From the NCBI RefSeq assembly GCF_009914755.1, contig NC_060947.1: a stretch of 64,000 nucleotides of DNA. One strand, 5' to 3'. The DNA comes from the human T2T-CHM13v2.0 reference genome, Homo sapiens. The first letter of the stretch is position 1. Each line of letters opens with the position of its first letter. The notes under the pieces were generated by a model, which was not told where the DNA came from, did no database searches, and was given only the letters and a program-made list of their open reading frames with translations. A program made the position numbers and the translations under genes. Of this stretch, positions 44,886-59,213 are shown in pieces.

Positions 44886-46873
44886 TATGTTGCTAGCACC
44901 TACTCAGCATCTGTCATAACCCTTCACACTCCCTTGCCGCTGTGCCATACGGAGTCCACCTCTGGGATGACACCTGTGTCTGTCTGCTCTCCCATTCAGT
45001 GCCGCCATAGCCCTTGTGAATGCTGCCTTGATGAACATTAATGCCTCATCCCTCACTGAACATATGCCCAAAGCACCTAACTAGAATCTCCAATTCCTTC
45101 TCTCCACCTTTGCAAATGTTACTCATCTCTCCAAACACAAGGGCTGACCAGACCAGCAGCCCGAATTAAGTCCAAGCTCTTTACTGCCATATTCATTGTA
45201 CACTGAATCACTCCCAAATCTAGTCACAGATTCACTTTCCAGCCTATCATAAAACATATTCTGCATTAGTAAACAAGGACTTCATGTTCTTCTGAAATTA
45301 TGCCTCAATCCTGTTCTGACACCTTGCTTAAAATATTACTTCAGCTATAACATCCAATGGCTCTGCTTCCAAAATTCCATTTGGAACTAGTTAAAGTGGC
45401 ATGTCTTTCATGATCCCTTTTTAAATGCTGCAACCTACTTATTCCTCCTGGGAATCCCTATGGTACAAGCCTGAAATCAGTCACCCCCTGCCTTCTCCAG
45501 GACTTAATGATATCCATATTTTATTTCCCTTACACTAGAAACTGACTTTTTACATTTTTTCTACAGCAGCACATACGGCCATGTTTTGAACAAATTTGGA
45601 ACTCAATAAGTGTTTGTTGATGGGATGAATTAATGAATCCTATAGAATGACAACACTAGCACTATATTCAAATATTTAAAATTAGAATTAAACTTAAGAT
45701 TTATGCAGACTTTAGCATTGTTCCCATTGGTGACATTTTGCATAGAGGGCCAAAGCCATCCTTGGCAAATAAGTGTCATGATATACATAAAAAATAACAG
45801 GGAGGGGAGTGAAGAAAATGTACTATGCAAGCACAATATTTCATGTGATGAAGGAGGAAGATTAGTAGGGCACAATGTCTATCCTTAAGGTGTACCTGAT
45901 ATAACAGAGGACCAAAATATACAAGACTGAGATGCCCAGGACACATTTATTAGATCATATATAAGATACTGCATTGGAAACCAGGAAAGAGCAAAATGAG
46001 GGCACAGAGTGAAAAAAAGCATGTTTGCACAACAATGTGAATGTACTTAATACTCTTGAACTGCACATGTGAAAATGGTACATTTTATGTCATGTTCATT
46101 TGGCCACAATTTAAAGAATTTTTTTTAATGTGGGATGAGAAAAGATAATGAAGGAATAATGCAAAGCTGAAGGCTGTGCCAGATGTAAGAAGTGATTATG
46201 AAGGATAAAAGAAAAGGGCTTTCCAAGCAGGGAAGAGGCATCAGAGAGAAAACCAATTGTTGAGCCAGTATTCTGTCACAGGGACATTTGTCTTTGTTCT
46301 TTAATGCCCAGTAAGGGTCTTCTCAGGTTCCATTAAACATGCAGAATCACAAGACCCCCCCAAAGTTACCATGGTGCCAACCGACTCAAAACAATACAGA
46401 CAAGAAGCTCAGCTCATCAGGAAGGCTGCAGCAGGCATATGGGAACCATCTGCTCCACAAAGGACAGCTGAGATGCAAAGATCCCTACAAGGTCCATATC
46501 CACGGGAATTGGGTATTCCTTGGCATTGAAGTCCCAGCCTTCACAGCAGCCAATATTCCCTGTAAATACTCCATGAGCAGAGTTTCCATGGTTCCTAGAG
46601 TGAACAGAGCAGCTGCAAAGTGACTCCAAAACTTGCCCTCCGGGAAGCCTGAGGTGGGGTGGTATTACCACTAGGTTCTTTCAGGTCTTTATGGTTTCTC
46701 CTGGTCATGATGCTATTTACAAATAGGGGATCGTTTGTATTGTAAGCAATGTGGCCAAGAATATTGTTGCCATGTTCTTCATCCAACTGCCAGGAAAACA
46801 GAGCTAGACAGTCAAGCAGAGGTCAGATTATCTTGCAGCAGGTTGAAGGTTTTGTTCACATTTAACCCAGAGG

Positions 46874-47202
46874 TACTTTGCATATCTGAGTTTGTGCCAT
46901 TGTCGTAGCAATGGCAGGCAGTAGAAACAACTATCAAAATTATACAGATGAGGAACTTGAGAGTCATAGAGAGGAAGGTAATGGCCTTTAAGTATGCAGA
47001 AGAAAGCAATGAAATCATGAGACAAGAGTGAAAGTCTGATACTTTGCATATCTGAGTTCGTGCCATCATCAGCAATAGCAGACAATTGAAAGAACCATCA
47101 AAATTATACAGATGAGTAAATTGAGAGTCAGAGAGAGAAAGGTACTTGCCTTTCAGTATGCCGAAGAAAGAAATGAAATCATGAGACAAGAGTGAAGGTC
47201 TG
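46874..47202. repeat. Tandem duplication, period about 166 bp, 2 copies, containing a MIR core
   Basis: tactttgcatatctgagtt at 46874 and 47040; aatgaaatcatgagacaagagtgaa in both. Confidence 0.95.
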
Positions 47203-47776
47203 CTATGCACAAAGCTTGTATTATTTATATTGATTCATGGAGAAAGAACCAACGGCAAAGGTACAGAGGAAAGATGACTAGGGAAAAAAGGATGATAAAG
47301 GGATGGATGTGGTAACAGCAAAGAGAACTCTAGAAGCCAAACAAGCATTTCTGGAAAGCCTGCTGCATGCCAGGCATTGTACTTGCCCACAGTAGCCCAC
47401 ATTCCTATAGGCAAGATGGTCACAGAAACGACTAATGACAAGAAGGTAAGAGCCTTAGGAAGATCATCAGGAAGGTGCACTGGAGTTAACACAGCTACAC
47501 TGGACAAGGTGCAAAGAGCACTTTGCAGAGAAGGTAACATGCATTCTGAATCTTGAAGATACTTCAAGATACTTCAAGAAGTTACAAGATACTTCAGGAT
47601 GCTGATCTTCTCTTCATCAACTGGTTCCCCAGTTGATGAAGATGCAACCTGATGCTATAAAGAACAGGGAACCAGTAAGGCATAAAAGCAAAAAAGAAAC
47701 ATAACTACATTTGCATTTTCCAAAGAGAACTCTAGATTAGTCACTGAAGAAGAAAGGTGCACCTAAGGAGACAGAG

Positions 47777-48205
47777 TGCTATAGTTTGGATGTTTGTCCT
47801 CTCCAAGTATCAAGCTGACATTTGATTCCCAATGTTGGAGATGAAGCCTAGTGGGAGGTGTTTGAGTCATGGAGGTGGATCCCTCATGAGCAGCTTGGTG
47901 CCAGCCTTGCAGTAATGACTGAATTCTTGCTCTGTTCATTCCCCCAAGAGCTGACTGTTTAAAAGAGCCTAGCACCTCCTTCCCCCCATTCTCTTGCTTC
48001 TTCTCTTGCCACGTGATCTTTGCATACACCAGCTCTTCTTCACCTTCCACCATGAGTGGAAGCTTCCTGACACCCTCACCAGAAGCAGATCCTGATGCCG
48101 TGATTCATGTACAGCCTGCAGAATCATAGCCAAATAAATCTCTTTCCTCTATATGTCACCCAGTCTCAGAGATTCCTTAATTGCAAAACTAAATGGACTA
48201 AGACA
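47777..48205 (+). mobile_element. MSTB-like solo LTR
   Basis: tgctatagtttggatgtttgtcc...aaatggactaagaca. Confidence 0.88.
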
Positions 48206-49544
48206 GAGGGTGATCATACAAAATGAAGACAGTGTGAATTTGCACTGAGGCAAGGAAGAGAATATGGGGAGGAGAGGTAAGAGCTGGTCACTCAAGCCAG
48301 AAACACAAAATTTTCCCACACTTTATTTGTCCACTCTAAATCACGCCCCCCTCTTCCCACATCATAAAAATTGGCCTCCAAGACTTGCCAGTCCTATATG
48401 CTAAATCTCTGTATAGCTCTAATTACAATATGATATTTAGTATCTGCACTAGAGAAAGAAACAAACGCTCCATATTTGAATGTCTTCAGACAGGTGAGAC
48501 AGGCACTAGTTACACTTTATTAAATACTGCAGTAGGAATTAACGTATGTTATCCGAGAACACCCAAAATGTAAATACTCAGCAACAAAAGCATCTTAATA
48601 AACAGCTCCATACACTGGTCCTATGTTAGTCCTATCAAAATCAGCCACAACAGCAACAACTATACATCCATCTAGGGGCTCCCAGTAGATGACAAGAGCT
48701 TGAGGAATGATCATTTAGAAATAGACAGCTTTTGTATGACTCTGGCAATTTTTCTGGTTGTTCTCATTGTTTGTTTCAGAGTTCCATGAAAGGACATATT
48801 TTACATATTTTACATGCTGGAATGGTCCAATTAGCTTCATTCCTTAGCAGCTAAGTAAGAGCAACAGCTTAGCTGATCAACAATGGGATAAATGCTCTGA
48901 GACCAGAGTTGTGGACTTCCCTTCACTAACTTATAAATGAATGCAGGGTGAAGCATTATCACCTAATGCAGCCTACCATGTGACTGGAAGAATGTATCAG
49001 ATGAATACATCTGGCATGCTCAACCGCACTCATTATTTCATCACTAAAATAAAATACCAATTAATTAGACCAATTCCTTGGGTCTTTACTATTACATAAA
49101 CACAGGCAAATGATGAGATATGAAGTTCACTTGGATAACTCTCTTTGCTTTTCATGCAGTTGCTTCTCATGGTGTTTAGTGTGTTCATTTCAAATGGCTG
49201 CCAGCTAAAGTTGAAGGACCATGTTTAGCATCATCTGTGCTCAGACCATAAATGAACAAAGTCCTCCATAATGTTTTCATAGTTCCAATATGTTCTTTCA
49301 TTAGAATTCTACACTTAACATATTTTTACCTTTTTCCTTTCATTCCTACATGCATTTTAAATATAAAAAGTGATATACCACCTGCTATCCCTGACATTTG
49401 CACAAGTGTGTATTTGAAAATGTTTATGTTCAAATTTTGGTAACTAATGCACAGAGAGAAATTTATACTATGTGATTAAAATATATTTTATATGATATTT
49501 TTCCACAATTCACTTCAGCATCAATGTTATTACATTCCAAAATT

Positions 49545-49869
49545 TTATTTTGTGTGTGTGTGTGTGTGTGTGTGTCTGTGTGTGTGTGTGGTGTGTGTGT
49601 GTGTGTGACAGGGTCTCACTCTACAAGCCAGGACAGAGTGCACCGAGGCCTTGAACTCTCAGGTTCAAGCAATTCTCCTTGCCTCAGCCTCCCTCATAGC
49701 TGGGACCATAGGCACACACCAGGATGCCTAGCTAATTTCTGTAATTTTTGTAGAGACGGGGTTTCACTATGTTGCCCAGGCTGGTCTCGAACTCCTGGGG
49801 TCAAGCAATCCTCCTGCCTCAGCTTCCCAAAGTGCTATGACTACAGGTGTCAGCCACCATGCCCAGCCT
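49545..49869 (-). mobile_element. AluJ whose tail has become an interrupted (TG)n microsatellite (49551-49607)
   Basis: TG array followed by acagggtctcactct...gccaccatgcccagcc. Confidence 0.9.
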
Positions 49870-51061
49870 AAAATTTCATAGTTTTATACACCAAAATTAT
49901 CTCACTTTTCCTTAAAATTTTGTCGGATTAACCTCATTTTTTCAAATCATTAAATAAGAGTTACTTTCTGTATTTTTAATCTGCCTTCCTCCTATTTCAG
50001 CAACATTTAGCTAATCATCCAATTGTTCACTAACTCAACCAAAAAGGGAAAACTAATATAGAAGTTTGGCTTATGACCAAAACCAGGATTCATAGAAAGG
50101 TATGTCTCTTTTGCCAGATACAGGGATTGTTCTTTGATTGGCAAATGACAAGAGATTGTTCCTTCTACTTCATCCCCAGCCTTAGAACCTGCAAATGGGA
50201 TTTTCAGCAACAAACCCCTTCTAACCTCACCATTCACAAAGAAAGCTTGGTTTCTTGTAGTGTTACCTGAACTCCTACCACTAAGTTTATTAAATTTTGC
50301 GAGACCCTTTCACATAATTAAAAGGCTGATGTTTGAGTCAGAACTTGTGTCTGGGATGCTTAAATTCCTCACCCTCATAAAGACATGCCCTGGCCACTCC
50401 ATCTCAAAGATCCTCATAACCCACATTAGATGTTATCGTTGCTTCATTTCCCTCAAAGCTATGATCACCATCAGCAATTCTGTCCTTCATGCATTTGATC
50501 ACTGCTTTATCTTCTGTCCCCATAACTAAAGTAACAGCAGGACAATTTGTGCATCCTGTTTGCTATCGTATCTTCAGAGTCAACAACAATGGGTCATGAA
50601 TAGTTAATTCATGGATGAAAGATGAATGAATGGATCAATGAGTGAAGACTCATTTAACCTATTCCTATGCATATGTGTTGCTACTGCTATGGGTAGTGGG
50701 GGGGTCTTCTAGACACCTGGCCTTCTTCCACTTACTTCTGACTTCTCCTGATGTCTAGCAACTCGCTACCGAGTAGGTCAATCACTGCCAGGTTGGTTGC
50801 ACTGGGGGAAGAAGGTACAGGGTGGTTTCCATGACTATTAACAGCAACTCTAATAATGTGCTTGCGGCAATTATTGACCCCAAGATGCAGCATATCATGT
50901 GCTGATCCTAGCCACTGATGTGAGGTTCACCATTTTTAAAATTACAATTAAACTACAATACTGATAACTTTTAAATTCTATTAAAACCATTCCTGAGTGT
51001 GGCCCTATTACTCACTAAGGAATGGTTGCAGGGTAGTTGATCAAGGTAATTAGATGGCAAG

Positions 51062-51442
51062 TGATATGGTCTGGCTCTGTGTCTCCACCCAAATCTCATC
51101 TTGAATTGTAATCCAAATTGTAATCCCCACGTGTTGGGGGAGGGACCTCATGGGGGGTGATTAGATCATGAGGACAGTTCCCCCACGATGTTCTCATGAT
51201 AGCGAGTGAGTTCTCATGAGATCTGATGGTTTTATATGGGGTTCTTCCTCCTTGCTCAGCACTTCTCTCCTTCCTGCTGCCCTGTGAAGAAGGTGCTTTC
51301 CTTCCCTTTCACCTTTTGCCATGATTGTAAATTTCCTGAGGCCTTCCCAGCTATGCGGAACTGTGAGTCAATTAAACCTCTTCCTTTATAAATTACCCAG
51401 TCTCAGGTATTTTTTATAGCAGTGTAAGAATAGACTAATATA
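51062..51442 (+). mobile_element. THE1C/D-like solo LTR
   Basis: tgatatggtctggctctgtgtctccacccaaatctc...agactaatata; TSD gcaag/gcagg. Confidence 0.9.
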
Positions 51443-53114
51443 GCAGGGAAGGCAGGCAACGGGAATTGGGTTGGTTCCTCTCTTATACCACGGAAGGTGG
51501 CAAGTTGTTAAGACTGTGTGCAGCATAGCCCATGAGACTTGCATTAAAGACTACCAGCCCTATTACTAATCTGGCTGTTATTCAATCATCCTAATCTCAG
51601 TTTCCACATCTCTGTAACAGAGTTAATAAACAGTGTAATCTCATGACCCTACTGTGAAAATTAAAGTAGATAAGTCTTGCCTATGTTTCTTGCTCAAATG
51701 CCATCTTGCAGAGATGCATGTCCTAAACTCCTCATTTAATCTAGCCCTTCAATCACTACTGATCCCAATCCAGCTTGAATTATCCTAAGACCACCTTCCC
51801 TATTTTATATGCTTGAGCCTGTCTTTACTTTTTCCCACATGGGTACATGAGCACCATGATATTGGGATGGTGTTAGTGCTCATGACAGCTGCATCTCCAG
51901 TGTTGGGCACAGAGTAGGCACTAAATAAACACTTGTTTCATGTGTGAACCCATATCCCAAAGCACATAATTGTATCTTACACATAGTAAGCACTCAATAA
52001 ATGTGAACTATTGTTTATGTGCTTATAATACCAAGGAAATAATTGGCATCATCCTGTGGGTCAGCTTCATTACCCAAGAGAATAAGTATTTATATTTACT
52101 GAGGAGATCCTAACTTCTAGGACTCCTTACTGCAATCCTCTGAGGTCTCTGTTCTAAATTTTCCAGACAGCTGTATTAATTCACCCCAGATCACACAGGT
52201 AAGATTTCAAACAAGATCCCCTGACTCAAATGGACTCCATCTTCTCTGTGAAAATGCTCTCTGTTTCCTGCCATCATCTCTACTCAAAGTTGGGTGAAGA
52301 CATAAAGCAGCTATATTCCCTCTCTTTGGAGAGCTTACAACTTAGGAGGCAACATAATGTGAATGCATGAATGCTTATGGTCTAGAAACCAGAAAAAAAA
52401 AAAAAACCAGAACAACAAGCCCAAGAGGAGAAAAATGCCAGATGCTGAAAGAGGAAAAAAGGAATACATGATGATCTTATTGTCTAAGTAGAAGTCATAT
52501 GAAAATGACTGTATTTGAAAGCTTTGGGTCTAAGAAAATGGCAACCCCATAAGGTTCAGTCTCGTATATACTAGGAAGAAACTCTCCTTAAGTTCCAAGT
52601 GAACAGTCCTGACATTCCGAATCCAAAGCAGAGATTTTTCATCTTTTCTTCTAGGTCACAGACTTCTTTGAGGAGACACTCCTCTCCAAGAAAAATCCAT
52701 TCTCGCCTACTCATAAAGGTGACATAGAGTTTGGGGGTCCCCTGGGAGTCCATGACTGTCAGTTGAATGACATCTAGTGCCAAAGATGCAAAATCACCCT
52801 CAGTTGAAGAATCCAAGTAACAGCTCAAGAGAACTGGGTTTTAACTCTTACTATCACTACCTAATAAGAGCACCTGTCCCTTTCACACCATAATTAGCTT
52901 CTTCCTAAAAAGGGTTGTGGTTCTGCTGAAAGACACCCCATAAACTGTTTCCCCATAACCCACAAAATCTTCAAGGGCAAAGTGGAAACATTATCAATAC
53001 GGGAGAGACTGAGAAACACTGTTTCCCAAGAGAAGGTATTAGTGTATTAAAGACCTAAATGTGACAAATGAAGTATCCACATCTTCAGAGGTTTACGACT
53101 ATGTGAAAATTTAT

Positions 53115-53709
<595 letters not shown>

Positions 53710-54489
53710 TAAATGAAAACAGCACATCTCTCTTTTTTGATATAAATGCATGCTGAAGGTTCTGGCCTCACTCCTGGTAAAGGCAAAGCATCAGGATGAG
53801 AAAGCATGTCTGAGAAGGGCCTTTTCCCAGTAAACTGGCCTGCTTGACAAAGGGGCTCCATCTATAAAGGGGAGGGGAATATGAGGCTGGTGATATTTGT
53901 TTGGAAAGGGCTGCAGGCAAGAAAAAGAACTGCCTGTGTCAAGGGAGTTGCAGTCAGACTCTAAGATACCTAGCCTGCAGGGCATGACACCCTCTCACTA
54001 TAGTAACTTCCTTCCATCTTGATTTCCACTTCTTAGAACTCATGCTCTAGAAACTAGAAACCAAACTCATAACAGTAAGCCCAAGAGGAATAAAATTGCA
54101 AGGTTATAAAAGAAACACAAAGGAGAAATCGATCTTATTTTCCAGTCTGGAGGCGGTGCTGCCAATGTACAGTTGCGATCAATAAAGAAGTGTTATTATC
54201 AAAGTTTGAAAAGAAACACCATGGGAACCCTACATTTCTTCAACTTTATTATGATGCATAAACACTTAGACCATTCATGTCTCGTTCTCTGTTAAATTCT
54301 CAACACTTAAAACACATGCAATAAACAAACATTTTAATAATACATTGAATAATCTTCTAATATAAAATAATCCCCTATTTTTTACCTAAATTGTCTCAAG
54401 GTTACCCTATGGTTTTAATATTCTGTATTTTGGCAAACTATCATTTCATTCATGCATTTATCAATCCAGAAATCATTTGTTGATTATTA

Positions 54490-54948
<459 letters not shown>

Positions 54949-55233
54949 TTAACAAATGAATGACTGGGATCTTCCCAGATGGAGAGTGGGGAGGAAGTCA
55001 TCGAGATACAACTTATCGGAAGGCAGCTCCCGGGCAGGTAGAAGGGTGGGTGTGCTGAGGGAACTGTGAGCTGTTTGTTCCAAGGGGCAAGGGCACGAGG
55101 TGTACAAGAAAAAGTAAAAGAAGCTAACACTGGAAAGGGACACATGGGCAGATTAAGGAGTCTTCTGTGCTGTCCCAAGGGTCTTAGGTTTTCCCAGGTG
55201 GTAAAAAAAGAGATTTTGCCATGATGCGTTTTT

Positions 55234-55537
55234 TTCTTTTTTTTTTTTTTTTTTTTTGAGACGGAGTCTCGCTGTCGCCCAGGCTGGAGTGCGGTGGCGC
55301 AATCTCGGCTCACTGCAGGCTCCGCCCCCTGGGGTTCACGCCATTCTCCTGCCTCAGCCTCCCGAGTAGCTGGGACTACAGGTGCCCGCCACCTCGCCCG
55401 GCTAATTTTTTGTATTTTTAGTAGAGACGGGGTTTCACCGTGTTAGCCAGGATGGTCTTGATCTCCTGACCTCATGATCCGCCTGCCTCAGCCTCCCAAA
55501 GTGCTGGGATTACAGGCGTGAGCCACCGCGCCCGGCC
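55234..55537 (-). mobile_element. Young AluY (Ye-like diagnostics)
   Basis: CpG-rich, long poly-T, perfect TSD catgatgcgttttt (55220-55233 / 55538-55551). Confidence 0.95.
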
Positions 55538-55552
55538 CATGATGCGTTTTTA

Positions 55553-55748
55553 ACGGCTTGCAGGAGTGGGTTCACTCTCTTGAGCTCTTTGCCCCTGTGC
55601 CATTTGATGATGTGCAAAATGGTCTTGCCAGATGATGGTGCCTTGATCCTGGACTTCCCAGCCTCTAGAACTATGAGAAATACATTTCTATTTTTTATAA
55701 CCCAGTTTCAGGTGTTTTGTTGTAGCAGCATAAAATGAACTAAGAAAG
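55553..55748 (+). mobile_element. 3' half of an MST/MLT1A-type LTR, apparent copy of 57029-57223
   Basis: ggcttgcaggagtgggttcactctctt identical to the 57031 copy. Confidence 0.85.
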
Positions 55749-55759
55749 ATTGGAATGCA

Positions 55760-56600
55760 TCACTTAGCCACTGAAAGCCATCAGATGTGAGAATCAGGAA
55801 GATGACTCCAATAGTAGCTTGAAGGTAGGAGGCAGAAGAGTAATGGACTGCATAACAATCTAAACTGAGATAAGGAAGCTGTCACAGTGGGCCACAGGAA
55901 GACAGCACATAGCTAGGAATGTTCTGCAGGGCAGAAATGAGAAGTAGACATCCATTTACATAAGTGCTGAGAAAAGAGAAGTAAAATCCAACAGAGTTTG
56001 TATCTTGGACACACTGGTATATGGGGCACCTTTAACTAACAGGAGGGTGCAGAGAGGAATAGGTTTTAGAGGAAGAGCATCTCTTAATATTTGAATGTGT
56101 TGTGTTTGGAGTGTCTATGTGACACTCAACTAGAGATTTCTAATAGGGGCTAAAATTACAAACACTGTAACTGAAGCTAGTGGCCTGAGCTGGAAATAAA
56201 GACTTGAGAATCATCCACATAGAGGCAGATAGTTGAAGATAAGAAGATGCAATGAATTACCTAGACATACAATATACAGAATGAAGTCAAGAACAAATCC
56301 TAGGAAAAGTCAACATTTAAGAATAATAAGAGAAGAAAATACAGAAGAGCTTCTCACAATTGTAGAATAAAACCAGAACATAGTGATAAAATGAAAAGGA
56401 ATAAGAATTCTGCAAGTGATAAAGTGCCCATCAAATTGATATAGGATCATCACTAAAAAGACACCACTGGGTTTTGGCAATGTAGAAATCACTGGTCATA
56501 CTTTAATGAGATTTGTTAGCATAAAATTGAAAGGATAGAGAACCAGTTTTGGAGAACTGGAGGACAAAGAACTATAAATTCCTATTACAGTAATGGTCAC
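55760..56600. mobile_element. L2 fragment
   Basis: tttgaatgtgttgtgtttggagtgtctatgtgacactcaa, ctggaaataaagacttgagaatcatc. Confidence 0.6.
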
Positions 56601-56877
56601 TATTAATGGAAGGAGAAAAATATGTCATAACTCAAGAGAAGACAGGATTGAGGCTGACTGGCCATTGGACACAGGAGGAGTACTTGGGTTGATGGTGGGG
56701 GTTAACTCCTAGATCCCACTTGGGAGGTGGAAAACTGTCCCAGATTCTGGAAGACAGGAGAGTTATACGAACAAATGAATCTGTTAGTATAAAAATGAGA
56801 TATAATGAAAACAAAAAAGGTCAAAAAACCTTAAATTGATGCCCTTTGACCCCGATGAGGAGAGAGTGTAAATGGGT

Positions 56878-57223
56878 TGTCCTATGGTGTGAATGTGTTC
56901 CCCGAATTCATGCGTTGACATGAATATTATTAAACCCTAGTAAGACAGTGTTGCAGGAGAGGGGACAATGGCAGGTGTTTAGGTAACAAAGGCTCTGCCC
57001 TCATGAACAGATGAGTGTAATTATAAAAAGGGCTTGCAGGAGTGGGTTCACTCTCTTAAGCTCTTTGCCCTTCTGCCATTTGATGATGTTCAAGAAGGTC
57101 TTGCCAGATCATGGTGCCTTGATCTTGGACTTGCCAGCCTCTGGAACTAGGAGAAATAAATTTATATGTTTTACAACCCAGTTTCAGGTATTCTGTTATA
57201 GCAGCACAAAATGGACTAAGACA
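56878..57223 (+). mobile_element. MST/MLT1A-type solo LTR
   Basis: ctatggtgtgaatgtgttcccg...ttctgttatagcagcacaaaatggactaagaca. Confidence 0.85.
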
Positions 57224-58921
57224 GATTACAAGCCAACAGTAAGATCTCAAGTGTTTCTGGAAACCACACACTAATGAGACCAAACCATGCAGTAATTCAC
57301 TTAATGCTAGCAGTGCTATGGGACACAAGAAATTGATATCTGGATGCACCCTTAGCTGAGAAACAACAGGGTGAGCCCACCACAAGCAGAGGAGGAAATT
57401 GAGGGTCTTAGTGAGAGAATTAAAGTCAGATCCAGCGATCTATGTCAGACGTTTGGTGGCTGGAAGGATACTCAGTACTAGGAGGTTTGCCAGGATTCAT
57501 GGAAGAGTGATCAAAGTGGGAAGGAAGAAGTGATAGCCAGAAGAAGAGGAGGTTTAGGTTAGGGTCATTACTTCAGAGTTTTCAGTATTCAGAGTAGAAT
57601 ACGGACTTTAGTAATCATTTTCTGGGTGATAAATCGTAGCTCCACACCATTGTCCTTCAGTAAGTCAGAAACAGGCAAAAGGCAACCGAATGAGGACTGT
57701 GAGGTGGTCGTGTAATGGAGCTGAAGTCTTCAATAAAGAAGGTCAAGGAATTTATATTCTTCAGATTTTTTTGAGTCCTTCCAGTCAACACTGGCTTCAT
57801 GGATATAACATTAATTCTTCAACATCCGCATTAAGAGATGGATTCAACCTAATATTTTACTTACATACCAAAAATGCCTTTGCCTTGAATTCTCATGTTA
57901 TAGGTAAGCTTTCTGATGTATTAGTTTTTGGGATTATCCTAGGAAGAACTCCCACTGTATTCCATGTCTGGACAGAGCTTATGTTTATACAGGCTTAAGT
58001 AATGCTTTCCTATGTGTTTTCAATACTGCTTCTGAGAATTCCCCTGGTGTGGTGGACTCCATGCCCACACGGCACCTGGCATGGAGCACAGCCTGAATAT
58101 GCCATTGTTGGTGACAGAAATCAAGTCAATGTCTTCAGAAAGCCATCTATACTGATTCTGTTCCCTTTCTGCCAGGGAATGACTGACTGATAGCTCAGCG
58201 CCATTTTTCTTCAAGGGGTTAACGATAGGCAAAGCTCAGGGCTGAGGAGAAGCCCATGTATTTTGTCTATTTTGTTGAGATGTCATGAAAATTAAGGGAG
58301 AAAATCCATGTGAACACTAAAAAATACTATTATTACTGTTATTATAAGTGTTGCTATTTGGATGTAGGTTATGATTGCATGAAGCCCAGACAGAATTTCT
58401 TAAACTTACTGGATACCAAATGAATTATGCCAAGTGAGCAGATGAGTGTCAGCTGCATAGCTTTGGAAAAGAAAAATTAATGTAAAAATTAAAGTTTGGT
58501 TTGGGTGAGGCTAGGTAAAGATGGTTTGAGGAAGAAAGAAAATGTTTTCATGTGTCATGGCTGCTTTTAAGTATATAAAATTTAATTTTCAAAAGCCAAG
58601 AAGATGTGAATGATGTAGGGTATTTCTTATTCCTCTGTGGGGCTTCTCTCAAGCCCAATGAAGCAATGAATAATAGGAAATGTAACAAAAAAGCAAAATG
58701 ATTGCAAGCCATATATTATTCCCTTGAGTAGATTTCCCTGTAACACTGAACCACAGCAGAACTTTTTGGAACTTCTGAGATTCCTTGCCTACATCTCAAA
58801 ATTGGCCTAACGGGTATAATCCTTTCAACAATCCATCAATCTTTCTCCCCAGTATTACGGGTTTGGTTATATTTGTTTAAATATACAGCTTTCTTCCACA
58901 CAATGAAGTGTTTAAAACAAA

Positions 58922-59213
58922 TTTTTTTAAGGACGGGGTCTTGTTCTGTCCCCCAGGCTGGAGTGTAGTGGTGTGATCATAGCTCACTGCAGCCTCAAAC
59001 TCATGGGCTCATGCAACCCTCCCACCTCAGTCTTCTGAGTAGCTGAGACCACAGGCCTGAGTCACCACGCCTGGCTAGATTTTTTAAACTTTTTGTAGAG
59101 AAGGGATCTCATTATGTTGCCCAGCCTGGTCTTGAACTCCTGGCCTCAAGTGATCCTCACTCCTCGGTCTCCCAAAGCGCTGCAGTCACAGGTGTGACTC
59201 ACCACACCCGGCT
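58922..59213 (-). mobile_element. AluJ
   Basis: Reverse Alu body. Confidence 0.92.
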
